From an uncultured Prevotella sp. (GTDB lineage: Bacteria > Bacteroidota > Bacteroidia > Bacteroidales > Bacteroidaceae): a stretch of 55,601 nt of DNA. The stretch covers positions 1 through 55,601 of the forward strand of contig USAI01000001.1 of assembly GCA_900552675.1 (NCBI GenBank), read 5' to 3'. The notes beneath the pieces were generated by a model. It searched no databases and was not told the origin of the DNA. It worked only from the letters and a program-made list of their open reading frames with translations. Shown here one piece after another: positions 38,226 to 47,504 of the stretch (the stretch's first letter is position 1; each line of letters starts with the position of its first letter). The translations under genes and the position numbers were made by a program.

Positions 38226-39077
38226 ATGCAACCCTATGAGATACCCACCCACGGTGCTGAGAAGAGGCCAGCCTCAGGCAATGGCCAGCTCACCCAAGGC
38301 ATCGCCCTCAACCACCTTGCCATAGGCTATGCCGCCCGCCAAGGCTCTGCCCACATTGTGGCTCAAGGGCTTGTGGCCGAAGCCCATCCCGGACAGCTTA
38401 CCTGCCTTGTGGGAGGCAATGGTGTGGGAAAGTCGACCTTGCTGCGCACGGTGGCCGCTCTGCAGAAGCCGCTGAAGGGCTGTGTGAGCATTGATGGCCA
38501 GCGCACCGATGTGCTGAGTGCCGCCCAGCGAGCGCAACAGGTGGCGGTGGTGCTGTCGGCCACGCCCCAGTTGCCACATACCACCATCGGCCGACTGGTA
38601 GCTATGGGCCGAGCCCCCTACACAGGCTTTTGGGGCCGACTGTCAGAAGCCGACCATGCCGCCTGCACCGAGGCTATGCGCCAGGTGGGCATTGAGCATC
38701 TGCGCCACCGCTTGCTCGACGAGGTGAGCGATGGCGAGCGACAGAAGGCCACCATTGCCCGCGCCCTGGCTCAGCACACGCCCGCCATTGTGCTCGACGA
38801 GCCTACCGCCTTTCTCGATTATCCCAGCAAGGCGGCCGTGATGGCGTTGTTGCGCCGACTGGCTGTTGAGGGGCAACGCACGGTGTTGCTCTCTACGCAC
38901 GACTTGGGACTTGCCCTGCAACTTGCTCACCACCTATGGGTGATGACTGATGGAGCGTTGGTGCAGGGGTCGCCCGCACAGTTGGCCGCCGATGGCACCT
39001 TAAACCGCTTCATCGACAGCGACTTGCTCTCGCTTGATGCTGCCTCGCTCACCATTCAGATGAAAGGGGTGAGATAA
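38226..39077 (+). CDS. ABC transporter ATP-binding protein (iron-chelate/cobalamin type)
   Basis: GGNGVGKST, GRAPY, SDGERQK, LDEPTAFLD, STHDL. Confidence 0.88.
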   Translation: MQPYEIPTHGAEKRPASGNGQLTQGIALNHLAIGYAARQGSAHIVAQGLVAEAHPGQLTCLVGGNGVGKSTLLRTVAALQKPLKGCVSIDGQRTDVLSAAQRAQQVAVVLSATPQLPHTTIGRLVAMGRAPYTGFWGRLSEADHAACTEAMRQVGIEHLRHRLLDEVSDGERQKATIARALAQHTPAIVLDEPTAFLDYPSKAAVMALLRRLAVEGQRTVLLSTHDLGLALQLAHHLWVMTDGALVQGSPAQLAADGTLNRFIDSDLLSLDAASLTIQMKGVR

Positions 39078-39244
39078 TGGGCATGAAGATGTGTCAAGAT
39101 GTAGGCTGACAAGATAAAAAAAGCGACCTAAATAGTGGGCCGACCCGAAAATTATAGGTATCTTTGCAAAAAGATATATATGTTGGGCGTACCGCGACGA
39201 TGCGTTGCACTCAATGGCATTAAGTTACTATCAGGAAAAGAAGA

Positions 39245-40438
39245 ATGTTGAACTTAGACAACTTTTACAAGGCTCGCTACGTGTTGAGCAAAACCATCAG
39301 AAAGACAAACCTCGTGCATGCACTTAAGGTGAACCCCGAGTGTGACGTGTACCTAAAGCCCGAGTGCTTGCAGAAAACAGGATCGTTTAAGATACGTGGC
39401 GCCTATTATAAGATATCGCAGCTTACCGACGAGGAGAAGGCGAAGGGCGTGATAGCTTGCTCGGCAGGCAATCATGCACAGGGCGTGGCGCTCGGCGCTT
39501 CGGCCATGGGCATCAAGTCGCTCATCTGTCTGCCCGAGGGCGCTCCCATCAGCAAGGTAGAGGCTACGCGCCGTTTGGGTGCCGAGGTGTGCCTCGTGCC
39601 TGGCGTGTATGACGATGCCTATCAGAAGGCGTTGCAGCTGCGCGACGAGTTCGGCTACACTTTTATCCACCCCTTTGACGACGAGAACGTGATTGCCGGA
39701 CAAGGCACCATAGGCCTTGAGCTACTTGACCAGCTGCCCGACGTTGAGGCCGTGGTAGTGCCTGTGGGCGGTGGCGGCCTTATTTCGGGCATTGCCTTCG
39801 CTATCAAGTCGTTGAACCCCAACATCAAGGTGTTTGGCGTTCAGGCCGAAGGTGCTCCCAGCATGGTAAACAGTCTGCACGACAACAAGCAAGAGGCGCT
39901 GCCCTCGGTGTCGACCATTGCCGATGGCATTGCCGTGAAAGAGCCTGGCTCGCTCACCTTCAAGACGTGTTCTGAATATGTTGACGACATTGTAACCGTG
40001 ACCGAAGACGAGATATGTGCCGCTATCTTGCATCTGCTTGAAAGCGAGAAGATGGTGGCCGAAGGTGCGGGTGCTGCCAGCGTGGCCGCCGTTATGTTTA
40101 ACAAGGTGCCGGTGAAGGGCCTGAAAACGGTGTGCGTGGTGAGCGGCGGAAACATCGACGTTACCATCTTGAACCGTGTGATAAACCGCGGCTTGACAAA
40201 GAGCGGACGCATCTGCACGCTGTGCATTGAGCTTGACGATAAACCCGGACAGCTGGTGGCTGTAAGTTCGGTGATAGCCAGCTTGGGCGCCAACATTATC
40301 AGCGTGAACCACGAACGCAATGCCGACAGCGAACATGTAAACGCTTGCCTCTTGCGCCTCACGGCCGAGACCAAGAACAAAGAGCATGTGAACGAGATAC
40401 GACGCCAGCTGAAAGAGCAAGGCTTTAAGATTGTGTAA
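39245..40438 (+). CDS. ilvA: Threonine ammonia-lyase with ACT domain
   Basis: [16 protein letters not shown] (PLP lysine), [28 protein letters not shown]. Confidence 0.93.
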   Translation: MLNLDNFYKARYVLSKTIRKTNLVHALKVNPECDVYLKPECLQKTGSFKIRGAYYKISQLTDEEKAKGVIACSAGNHAQGVALGASAMGIKSLICLPEGAPISKVEATRRLGAEVCLVPGVYDDAYQKALQLRDEFGYTFIHPFDDENVIAGQGTIGLELLDQLPDVEAVVVPVGGGGLISGIAFAIKSLNPNIKVFGVQAEGAPSMVNSLHDNKQEALPSVSTIADGIAVKEPGSLTFKTCSEYVDDIVTVTEDEICAAILHLLESEKMVAEGAGAASVAAVMFNKVPVKGLKTVCVVSGGNIDVTILNRVINRGLTKSGRICTLCIELDDKPGQLVAVSSVIASLGANIISVNHERNADSEHVNACLLRLTAETKNKEHVNEIRRQLKEQGFKIV

Positions 40439-40566
40439 GGTTAGGCTGCTAAGCTTAAGCCTGTGACAGTGCCTGTGCCTGTTAGGCCTTTCTGGGTCTT
40501 TCTAAGCCTTTGTTAGAATTGATTACTACGGCTTATTTAGGCTTATCTTGGCCTATTTAGGCTTAT
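40437..40566. repeat. Degenerate family A cluster in mixed orientation
   Basis: TAAGCC and GGCTTA iterations between ilvA and ridA. Confidence 0.6.
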
Positions 40567-40589
40567 TCTTTAATAATAACAATATAATT

Positions 40590-40967
40590 ATGAACAAAGC
40601 AATACATACCGACAACGCTCCCAAAGCGTTAGGTCCTTACAGCCAAGCCATTGAGGCTGGCAACATGGTGTTTGCATCGGGACAGGTGCCCATCGACCCT
40701 GCCACCGACCAGTTTGTGCCCGGAGGCATTAAAGAGCAAACCCGTCAGGCGCTTACCAACGCCCGTAACATCTTGGCCGAGGCTGGCACCGACCTTGCCC
40801 ATGTGGTGAAGACCACCGTCTTCCTTTCAGATATGGACAACTTTGCCGCTATGAACGAGGTGTATGCTCAGTTCTTTGAGCAGCCCTATCCCGCACGCTC
40901 GGCTGTGGCCGTGAAAACATTGCCCAAGGGTGCCCTGGTAGAGGTAGAGTGTATCGCTGTGAAATAA
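40590..40967 (+). CDS. ridA: RidA reactive-intermediate deaminase
   Basis: APKALGPYSQA, SGQVP, VVKTTVFL, PARSAV, LVEVE; adjacent to threonine dehydratase. Confidence 0.94.
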   Translation: MNKAIHTDNAPKALGPYSQAIEAGNMVFASGQVPIDPATDQFVPGGIKEQTRQALTNARNILAEAGTDLAHVVKTTVFLSDMDNFAAMNEVYAQFFEQPYPARSAVAVKTLPKGALVEVECIAVK

Positions 40968-40981
40968 AACCAAGAAAACCT

Positions 40982-41662
40982 ATGCACGTGCATCCGCTGT
41001 GGAACGACCAGTATTGGCCACTCATCATTAAGCTATATCTTGCTAAGCCTATGGGCATGAAGGCAATGTATAGCAAGGGGGTGGTAGACCTGAGCATCGA
41101 ACTGCACATACCGCCTTTCTACATTTATGAAAGGCTGGAGGAGGTGGAGCGCAACCAGCGCCCGCTGATACAACACCTGCGCACACTGTATGAGGGCAAC
41201 GCTCGCCGACTGTCGCGCGACGCGAAGCTGCTCAGGCAGATGGCGGGCTTTGGCACGGGCGGACTGTTCTTCGACGATGTGTGCATAGACAACGACTTTG
41301 AGCGCGACTACTGTCCTGTGGCCGACGATACGGTCATGACGCCCGCTATGCTCACCCTCATTCTGAACCTTTATTTCCAACTTATTCCTGACACGATGAA
41401 GGCTACAACGCCTGAGGTGCAACTGCTGGCCAAACGCCTTCATGTGAGCGCCGACGAGGTGGTGCAGGTGCTGAAGCTGTGCTTGGCTGAAGACCCTTGC
41501 ATACCCGAACATCGGCGCGAACGGCTGTTAGGTTCTTCCTGTGTCGCTGACCCTCTGCCCTCGCTATCACAGGCTGTAAACAAGCTGTGGCACCGCTATG
41601 GCAATGGCGATGCAATAATGGTGGAGGAGGCTGCCGAGCGCTTTGATCCTTATTTTGAGTGA
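40982..41662 (+). CDS. Hypothetical protein with two related helical units
   Basis: 226-aa ORF following ridA; internal similarity between LIIKLY..P and LILNLY..IP segments. Confidence 0.75.
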   Translation: MHVHPLWNDQYWPLIIKLYLAKPMGMKAMYSKGVVDLSIELHIPPFYIYERLEEVERNQRPLIQHLRTLYEGNARRLSRDAKLLRQMAGFGTGGLFFDDVCIDNDFERDYCPVADDTVMTPAMLTLILNLYFQLIPDTMKATTPEVQLLAKRLHVSADEVVQVLKLCLAEDPCIPEHRRERLLGSSCVADPLPSLSQAVNKLWHRYGNGDAIMVEEAAERFDPYFE

Positions 41663-41766
41663 TCGTTAAACGACAATACGCTATAACAATCAACAACCCT
41701 GAGCAACAAAAGAACAACAAACAATAATATTGTACAACGCACAATAAAGCAACAACGCTGAACAAC

Positions 41767-41838
41767 AAAAGGACAACAGGAACAACTGTAGTTTCATACT
41801 GAATAGTATTGAAAAAGTTGTTCCTGTTGTCCTTTTTT
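41767..41838. terminator. Long bidirectional hairpin between convergent genes
   Basis: Perfect 21-bp arms at 41767-41787 and 41816-41836, with A/T tracts. Confidence 0.8.
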
Positions 41839-41888
41839 TGTTCTATGTTGTTGCGCTTTTTTATTTTGGCACAAGCAATAACGTTTTC

Positions 41889-42917
41889 TTATTTCTCTAA
41901 CGCCTGTCTAAACTGGTCGCTGGTGACGTGCATGGCAGCGATGCGCCCGTTACGAATGATAAGGTTGTCGGGCAAATCGTAGAGGCCGAGGGCGCGGAAG
42001 AGGGGGCTTTGCAGCATCTGTCCGTCGCACACGGTGGTGCATTGTGTGATGCCTTGCTGTTTCAGCGTCATCACAGCATCCTTGGGCGAGGGGTCGAGGC
42101 AGATGCTCAGCACGCGCATATTGCCCTCTTGCATGATGGCCTTTTCGGTGGCTTGGCGCAACATCGACTGGCTGGTATAGTTGCTCGTAGCCCATACACA
42201 CACCACGGTGACGGGCTTTTCAGTGAGCCATGCCTTGTTGATGCGTGTGCCGTCGGTAGCCACGGCGTTAACGGTGGGTACAGGGCTTCCCACCGTTAGG
42301 CTGGTGCCCATGGCCTGTAGCTGCTGTAGCTGTCGTTTGATGTATCCGTTTTTGGGTTGCTCCTCGGCTATGAGCTTTAGCAGACGGCTGGCGCCCACCA
42401 GGTCGGGTTGCTGCGTTTGTATGAAGTAGCGCCACACCAGATAGTTGCTCACCATTGATGCGGGATGCTCTTTGATGAAGGCTTCGGCCTTGCTTTTAGC
42501 CTCTTGTGGCGAGCACGACGCCACCTGCTTGCGAAAACCGTTCATCAGTTCGTTGTCTTTTGTTCCCGTAACCTTCATCTCTTTCAGGTGCGATGCCTCT
42601 CCCTCAATGTCAACACTCTTTCCGGGCTGTGCAAAGACGGGCTGCTCGGTATAGTTGGGGAAGACAATCATCAGCGTTTGTGGGCGTGTGCACGGCATCT
42701 CGTAGCTGAAGCGTCCGGCCTGCACCTTGATGGTGTCGATGGCGTTTAGGTCGCCATCGGGGCTGTAAACATAAAACTCGCCACCGTTTATGTGCAGCAG
42801 TCGGCCTTCAATCTTGAAGTGTCCGCCGTCGGTGCCACAGGCTGTTAGTAGCAGCAGTGTGGCGCACAGCAGTAGCAGTGTGCAATGTCTGATTAGTAAG
42901 CTGCAATGTTTCATCAT
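41889..42917 (-). CDS. DUF4369-like lipoprotein with thioredoxin-like (TlpA-type) C-domain lacking CxxC
   Basis: Lipobox LTAC; FKIEG..., FIKEHPAS; VVCVWATSNYTS where WASWCxxC is expected; start codon uncertain. Confidence 0.75.
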   Translation of the reverse strand: MMKHCSLLIRHCTLLLLCATLLLLTACGTDGGHFKIEGRLLHINGGEFYVYSPDGDLNAIDTIKVQAGRFSYEMPCTRPQTLMIVFPNYTEQPVFAQPGKSVDIEGEASHLKEMKVTGTKDNELMNGFRKQVASCSPQEAKSKAEAFIKEHPASMVSNYLVWRYFIQTQQPDLVGASRLLKLIAEEQPKNGYIKRQLQQLQAMGTSLTVGSPVPTVNAVATDGTRINKAWLTEKPVTVVCVWATSNYTSQSMLRQATEKAIMQEGNMRVLSICLDPSPKDAVMTLKQQGITQCTTVCDGQMLQSPLFRALGLYDLPDNLIIRNGRIAAMHVTSDQFRQALEK

Positions 42918-43041
42918 AAAAGCAAAAACGCCGAGCATCACAAGGCCAACAGAATGGCGCGTGCTGCTCGGCGATATAAAATTATATTTAATTGTTGAGA
43001 TATCTATTTATGATAGACGTTTCTCTCGTAGCGCGGGCTTA

Positions 43042-44712
43042 TTACTTAGTGATAGCCAGCTCGAGGTCGTTGTCAGCGTATGCCTTCAACGAGGGATCCT
43101 TCTTCAGCGCCTCTTTCAGGTATGAGGTAGCAGCAAACTTGTTGCCACGACGTGCTGCCACGATAGCGTGCAGATAGTCGGTTATAGCGTCGGCGTTCTC
43201 TACCTTGTCAAGTGTCTTTGAGGCAGCGTCGTAGTCCTTAGCTAAGAGCTGTGCCAGGGCAGCGCTGTTGGTCTTCTTGTCGCCGAAGAGCTGCTGAGCC
43301 TGAGCATAGTTGCCCTTAGCAAGGCTGAGCACACCCTGTGCGTAGGCGGTGGTCTCTGAGGTAGCGCCCTTAGCGATAGCAGCCTCGGCCTCGGCCATGT
43401 TGCCAGTAGCCAGGCTCATCAGGCCCTTGTTAGCGTTGCTCTCAGCCGAGTTGGCGTCGAGTGCCAGAGCCTTAGCCAGGTAAGAAGCGGCAGCAGCCTT
43501 GTCGCCCTTGCTCAGAGCGATGGTAGCGAGGTTGTTGTATGCGCGATAGTCTTTGTCATACAGCTCGGCAGTCTTCTTGTAAACCTTCTCCTGGTCGGCC
43601 TGAGTGTCTTGCAGAGAAGCAAAGTAGAGAAGCTCGTCGGCTGACAGCTTAGCAGCGTCGGCGTTGTACTGCTCCTGAATCTGATCGTCTGAGCGACCGA
43701 TTGTTTCATAGTTGATGATGAGGCGTGAACGACGCAGCTCGGGCAGGATGCCATCGGCCAGCTCGCGGAAAGCGGCAGACATGTTACGAATTTGCTGCTC
43801 GCGCTCCTCGGGGTCTTTGTACATACTCAGCACGCGCAAGATAACGTCTTTGTCTTGCAGGTTTGAAGCCTGTACCAAGCGCTGGAAACCGTCCCAGTCT
43901 TGTGCGGTATAGTGAGCGTCGATGTTGGCGTTCATCTTAGTCTTCTTCAGCTGGTCTTTTACATACTTCTCAGAAACGTTCTGACGTTTGCCAGCCAACT
44001 TGTCGTTGAACTTGAAGCCACCCTCAGGTGAGGCATAAGCCTGTACCTCTACGTTTGAGAGGTTGAAGCCTTCGCGGTCGGCATTGATTTTCTTCAGCAT
44101 TTCAACAAACTCGGTTACCGAGTTGTTCTTCAGCTCGCTCTTACGCAGGTTGGCCTGGTTTACGAGGAACTTGATGTTTGCTTCCTGCTTCTGAGCTTTT
44201 ACACGCTGGAACGAGTCAACGGCCTGGCAGCCACCATCGCTCAGCAATGTCTTTTTGTAAAGCTCGCTGGTAGCGATAACGCCATCGGCAACCTTTACGG
44301 CAGGTATCTGAATTTCCTTCTTGCCTTTGTAGGCCTTGAAGGTCATCCACAGTTCGCTCTTCTGCATATCGTCGTTGTAAGGAACGGTTGAGCGCATGGT
44401 GTAGCGTCCGCCCAAACGGTAAGAAATGGTCTGGTTGTTGCCCAGCACCTTTTCGCCCTGGAATGTTGCCGACTGGCCCTGTGTGGCCTGTCCAGCGTAA
44501 CGCAGCTCGGGGATAACGGTTACAACGGCCTTCTTCTTCATGAATTTCTCAGGGAAAGAGCCATTGATTGTTGAGGGAACCATGCCCGTCTGTGTCTCCA
44601 GCGGGTTGGGTACAACTTCGAAGTTGTCGGCTGTAAGAACCATCTTGTTCGAGCAGCTTGACAGTGCCAGCATTGAGCAAGCAGTGAGAGTAAGAACTTG
44701 GATTTTTTTCAT
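43042..44712 (-). CDS. Lipoprotein with OmpA-like domain and TPR repeats
   Basis: Lipobox LSSC; AYASPEGG...KLAGKR OmpA-like motif; DYRAYNNLA and Ala-rich TPR helices. Confidence 0.85.
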   Translation of the reverse strand: MKKIQVLTLTACSMLALSSCSNKMVLTADNFEVVPNPLETQTGMVPSTINGSFPEKFMKKKAVVTVIPELRYAGQATQGQSATFQGEKVLGNNQTISYRLGGRYTMRSTVPYNDDMQKSELWMTFKAYKGKKEIQIPAVKVADGVIATSELYKKTLLSDGGCQAVDSFQRVKAQKQEANIKFLVNQANLRKSELKNNSVTEFVEMLKKINADREGFNLSNVEVQAYASPEGGFKFNDKLAGKRQNVSEKYVKDQLKKTKMNANIDAHYTAQDWDGFQRLVQASNLQDKDVILRVLSMYKDPEEREQQIRNMSAAFRELADGILPELRRSRLIINYETIGRSDDQIQEQYNADAAKLSADELLYFASLQDTQADQEKVYKKTAELYDKDYRAYNNLATIALSKGDKAAAASYLAKALALDANSAESNANKGLMSLATGNMAEAEAAIAKGATSETTAYAQGVLSLAKGNYAQAQQLFGDKKTNSAALAQLLAKDYDAASKTLDKVENADAITDYLHAIVAARRGNKFAATSYLKEALKKDPSLKAYADNDLELAITK

Positions 44713-44786
44713 ACTATACTTAATATATCAAGAGTTTTCGTAATAATTGTAATTTTATATCTGTTTAGGGTATAAAGTTGTCGTTG

Positions 44787-44872
44787 TGCCGCGAGCGGGA
44801 CTCGAACCCGCACAGCCATTACTGGCCAAGGGATTTTAAGTCCCTCGTGTCTACCAATTCCACCATTGCGGC
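44787..44872 (-). tRNA. tRNA-Leu (TAA)
   Basis: GCCGCAA acceptor, TGGTGGAATTGGTAGAC, AGGGA-CT-TAA-AA-TCCCT, long variable arm, GGTTCGAGTCCC. Confidence 0.95.
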
Positions 44873-44912
44873 AGCCTTTGCGTTTGAAAACTACATAAAA
44901 AGATGTTGCGTG

Positions 44913-44985
44913 AGCGGAAAACGGGACTCGAACCCGCGACCCCAACCTTGGCAAGGTTGTGCTCTACCAACTGAGCTATTTCCGC
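44913..44985 (-). tRNA. tRNA-Gly (GCC)
   Basis: GCGGAAA acceptor, TAGCTCAGTTGGTAGAGC, CAACC-TT-GCC-AA-GGTTG, GGTTCGAGTCCC; promoter box TATCTTTG at 45008-45015. Confidence 0.96.
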
Positions 44986-45126
44986 GTGCGTATTTTCAAA
45001 TGCGGTGCAAAGATACGTGTTTATATGCAAAGCGCCAAAACAATTTACACAATTTAAGGTTTTCAGCCCTTTTTCTTGCTTTATGATGCCGTGTTTAGTG
45101 TTTATCGTGATTATTTTAATGGTTAT

Positions 45127-45654
45127 GGCACGGAGGCCAGAAGCCCCTCCCTAGCGCCGCTACGCGGCTTCCCCCTCCCCGTTGGAGAGGGGAGTGAATA
45201 CCCTCGCTTCTTGTTGGAGGACGGGGCACGGAGGCCAACAGCCCCACTGTGATTTGCGATGCAGTTATTCGTAGGACGAGTCTACTTAAGCAAGGGATAT
45301 CATAGTAGGACGGTGGCCTCCGTGCCCCGTCCTCCCTGAGATAACCTATTTCACTTGCTCTTGGATGGGTGCTGGAGGACGTGGCACGATGGGTGCTGGA
45401 GGACGTGGCACGATGGGTGTTGGAGGACGTGGCACGGAGGCCACCGTCCTACTATAGTTTGCGATAGAGTTATTATAGTTTGCGATAGAGTTATTATAGT
45501 TTGCGATAGAGTTATTAATCCATAGTTAGCAAGGCCATTCACTCCCCTCCATAAGGGGAGGGGAAAGCCGCGCTTGCGCGGCGCGGGGGAGGGGCTTCAG
45601 CTTGTGGGAGGGGCTTCAGCTTGTGGGAGGGGCTTCAGTTTGGGTGCGGGGCTT
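45127..45654. repeat. Nested repeat mosaic: CCCCTCCC-type inverted arms (family F) enclosing family C REPs and short tandem arrays
   Basis: Arms at 45141-45199 and 45537-45597; REPs at 45305-45335(+) and 45422-45452(-) plus partials; 24-bp x3 (45364-45435), 21-bp x3 (45453-45515) and 19-bp x~3 (from ~45587). Confidence 0.85.
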
Positions 45655-45703
45655 CTGTATAAATATACAGTTTTAGAGAGGGGTGGATAGTGTTTTCTGA
45701 AAG

Positions 45704-45952
45704 CCATCAAATTACGGTCTGAAAGCATGGGTTTTAGGGTGCGAAACCAAGGGTTTTAGGGTGTGAAAGCATGGGTTTCAGGACGTGAAACCAAGGGTTT
45801 TGCAAATGAGAAGTATCAACTTTGAAAACTGTAAGCATACATACCGCGTTTGCTTACATACTGTAAGATTATTAACAAATGTTGTGTGAAGAAATGTAAA
45901 AACAGCGTGCTGTATATTTATGCATTTTGGTTTGTATTTTTGCATAAATATT
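45704..45952. repeat. Dispersed non-coding element (family D), copy 2
   Basis: Units start at 45720, 45742, 45764 and 45786; flanking motifs at the same offsets as copy 1. Confidence 0.85.
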
Positions 45953-46007
45953 CATTTCTTGGGAAGATGATGAGGTGCTGATGAGTGTATGTGGCAAAAA
46001 TGTGTTG

Positions 46008-46286
46008 CCGTCGCCGAAGGCGGCGAATGTTCATAACCGCTGGCGAAGCAGCCAGAGGCTGTAAGCCTGCGGAAATAAGGGTATAAGAAAAGCGTCCTCG
46101 AAGAGGGCGAACATATTTAGTATTAGCTACTCATATTATGTTATTAGCTACTCATATTATGTTATTAGCTACTTATATTATGTTTGCCCTCTTCGAGGAC
46201 GCTTTTCCTTGCTTTCTATTAGCCGTAGGTTCTCTCACTTCGTTCGGTCACCCACGGTTATGCACCTTCGCCACCTTCGGCGACGG
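46008..46286. repeat. 279-bp palindromic element (family E; MITE/REPIN-like)
   Basis: Outer arms match at 29/32 (46008-46039 / 46255-46286), inner arms at 28/29 (46087-46115 / 46179-46207); central 3 x 21-bp tandem. Confidence 0.85.
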
Positions 46287-46310
46287 TGTATTGATTACGA
46301 TAAATTCGTA

Positions 46311-47399
46311 TTACTTTTGTGCAAAACGTTCGCTTTGCTGACGAATGAGGTCGAGGTCGTTGAAATAGTCGATGCGCATGGCGTGGCGTACCTCGTCCAT
46401 GGTTTGTGCGGCTGTTTCGCGTGCCTGCTCGGTGCCTTTCTTCAATATTTCGTATATGCCAGGTATGTCTTGCTCCCACTGGTGACGACGCTGGCGCATG
46501 GGCTCGAGCATTTTGTTGATAACGTTGTTCAAGAACTTCTTACACTTCATGTCGCCCAGACCGCCACGGCGGTAGTGGTCTTTCAGCTCGTCGAGGTTCT
46601 GATATTCGGGCCAGAACTCGGCAAAGTCGGCATCGGTAGAGAAGGCGTCGAGGTATGTGAACACGGCGTTGCCCTCTACCTGTCCGGGGTCGCTCACGTT
46701 CAGGTGGTTGGGGTCGGTGTACATTGAGCGCACCTTCTGCCATACCTCGTCGGCCGAGTCGGAGAGGTAGATGCAGTTGCCCAGGCTCTTCGACATTTTT
46801 TCTTTGCCATCGGTTCCGGGCAGACGTCGTGCTGTAGCGTTTTCGGGCAGCATGATGTTTGGTTCAACCAGCACCTCGCCATAGGTTTGGTTGAAGCGGC
46901 GTGCCAGCTCGCGTGCCACCTCAATCATGGGCTCCTGGTCTTCGCCAGCGGGCACGGTGGTAGCCTTGAACAGGGTGATGTCGGCGGCCTGACTTACGGG
47001 GTAGCAGAAGAAGCCGAGGGGGATGTTTGCCTCAAAGTTGCGCATCTTGATCTCGGTTTTCACGGTGGGGTTACGCTGCACGCGCGACACGGTGATGAGG
47101 TTCATCAGATAGGTGGTGAGCTCGGCCAGCTCGGTTATCTGACTCTGTATGAACAGTGTACACTTTTCGGGGTTGAGGCCAGCGGCCAGATAGTCGAGTG
47201 CCACCTCAATAATGTTTTGACGTATCTTTTCGGGGTTGTCGGCATTGTCGGTCAGCGCCTGCACGTCGGCCATGAACACGAACATACGGTCATAGTCGCC
47301 CTCTTCTTGCAGCTGCACGCGTCGGCGCAGCGAGCCTATATAGTGTCCCAAATGCAGTTTTCCGGTGGGACGGTCGCCGGTAAGAATTACTTTTTCCAT
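46311..47399 (-). CDS. trpS: Tryptophan--tRNA ligase
   Basis: [36 protein letters not shown]. Confidence 0.97.
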   Translation of the reverse strand: MEKVILTGDRPTGKLHLGHYIGSLRRRVQLQEEGDYDRMFVFMADVQALTDNADNPEKIRQNIIEVALDYLAAGLNPEKCTLFIQSQITELAELTTYLMNLITVSRVQRNPTVKTEIKMRNFEANIPLGFFCYPVSQAADITLFKATTVPAGEDQEPMIEVARELARRFNQTYGEVLVEPNIMLPENATARRLPGTDGKEKMSKSLGNCIYLSDSADEVWQKVRSMYTDPNHLNVSDPGQVEGNAVFTYLDAFSTDADFAEFWPEYQNLDELKDHYRRGGLGDMKCKKFLNNVINKMLEPMRQRRHQWEQDIPGIYEILKKGTEQARETAAQTMDEVRHAMRIDYFNDLDLIRQQSERFAQK

Positions 47400-47504
47400 A
47401 TTCTGTTTTTCTTGTTTTTCGTTTCTTGTTTGTCAAGTGCTTGTTGTCAAGCGTTTGCAAAGGTACACAGAAACCTTGAGCCTTTCAAATTTTTTCGGCT
47501 CCTT

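Noticed and set aside
44709..45086. ORFs overlapping tRNA-Leu/Gly (and 13010-13300 over tRNA-Gln)
   Set aside because: The sequence is explained by the tRNA genes
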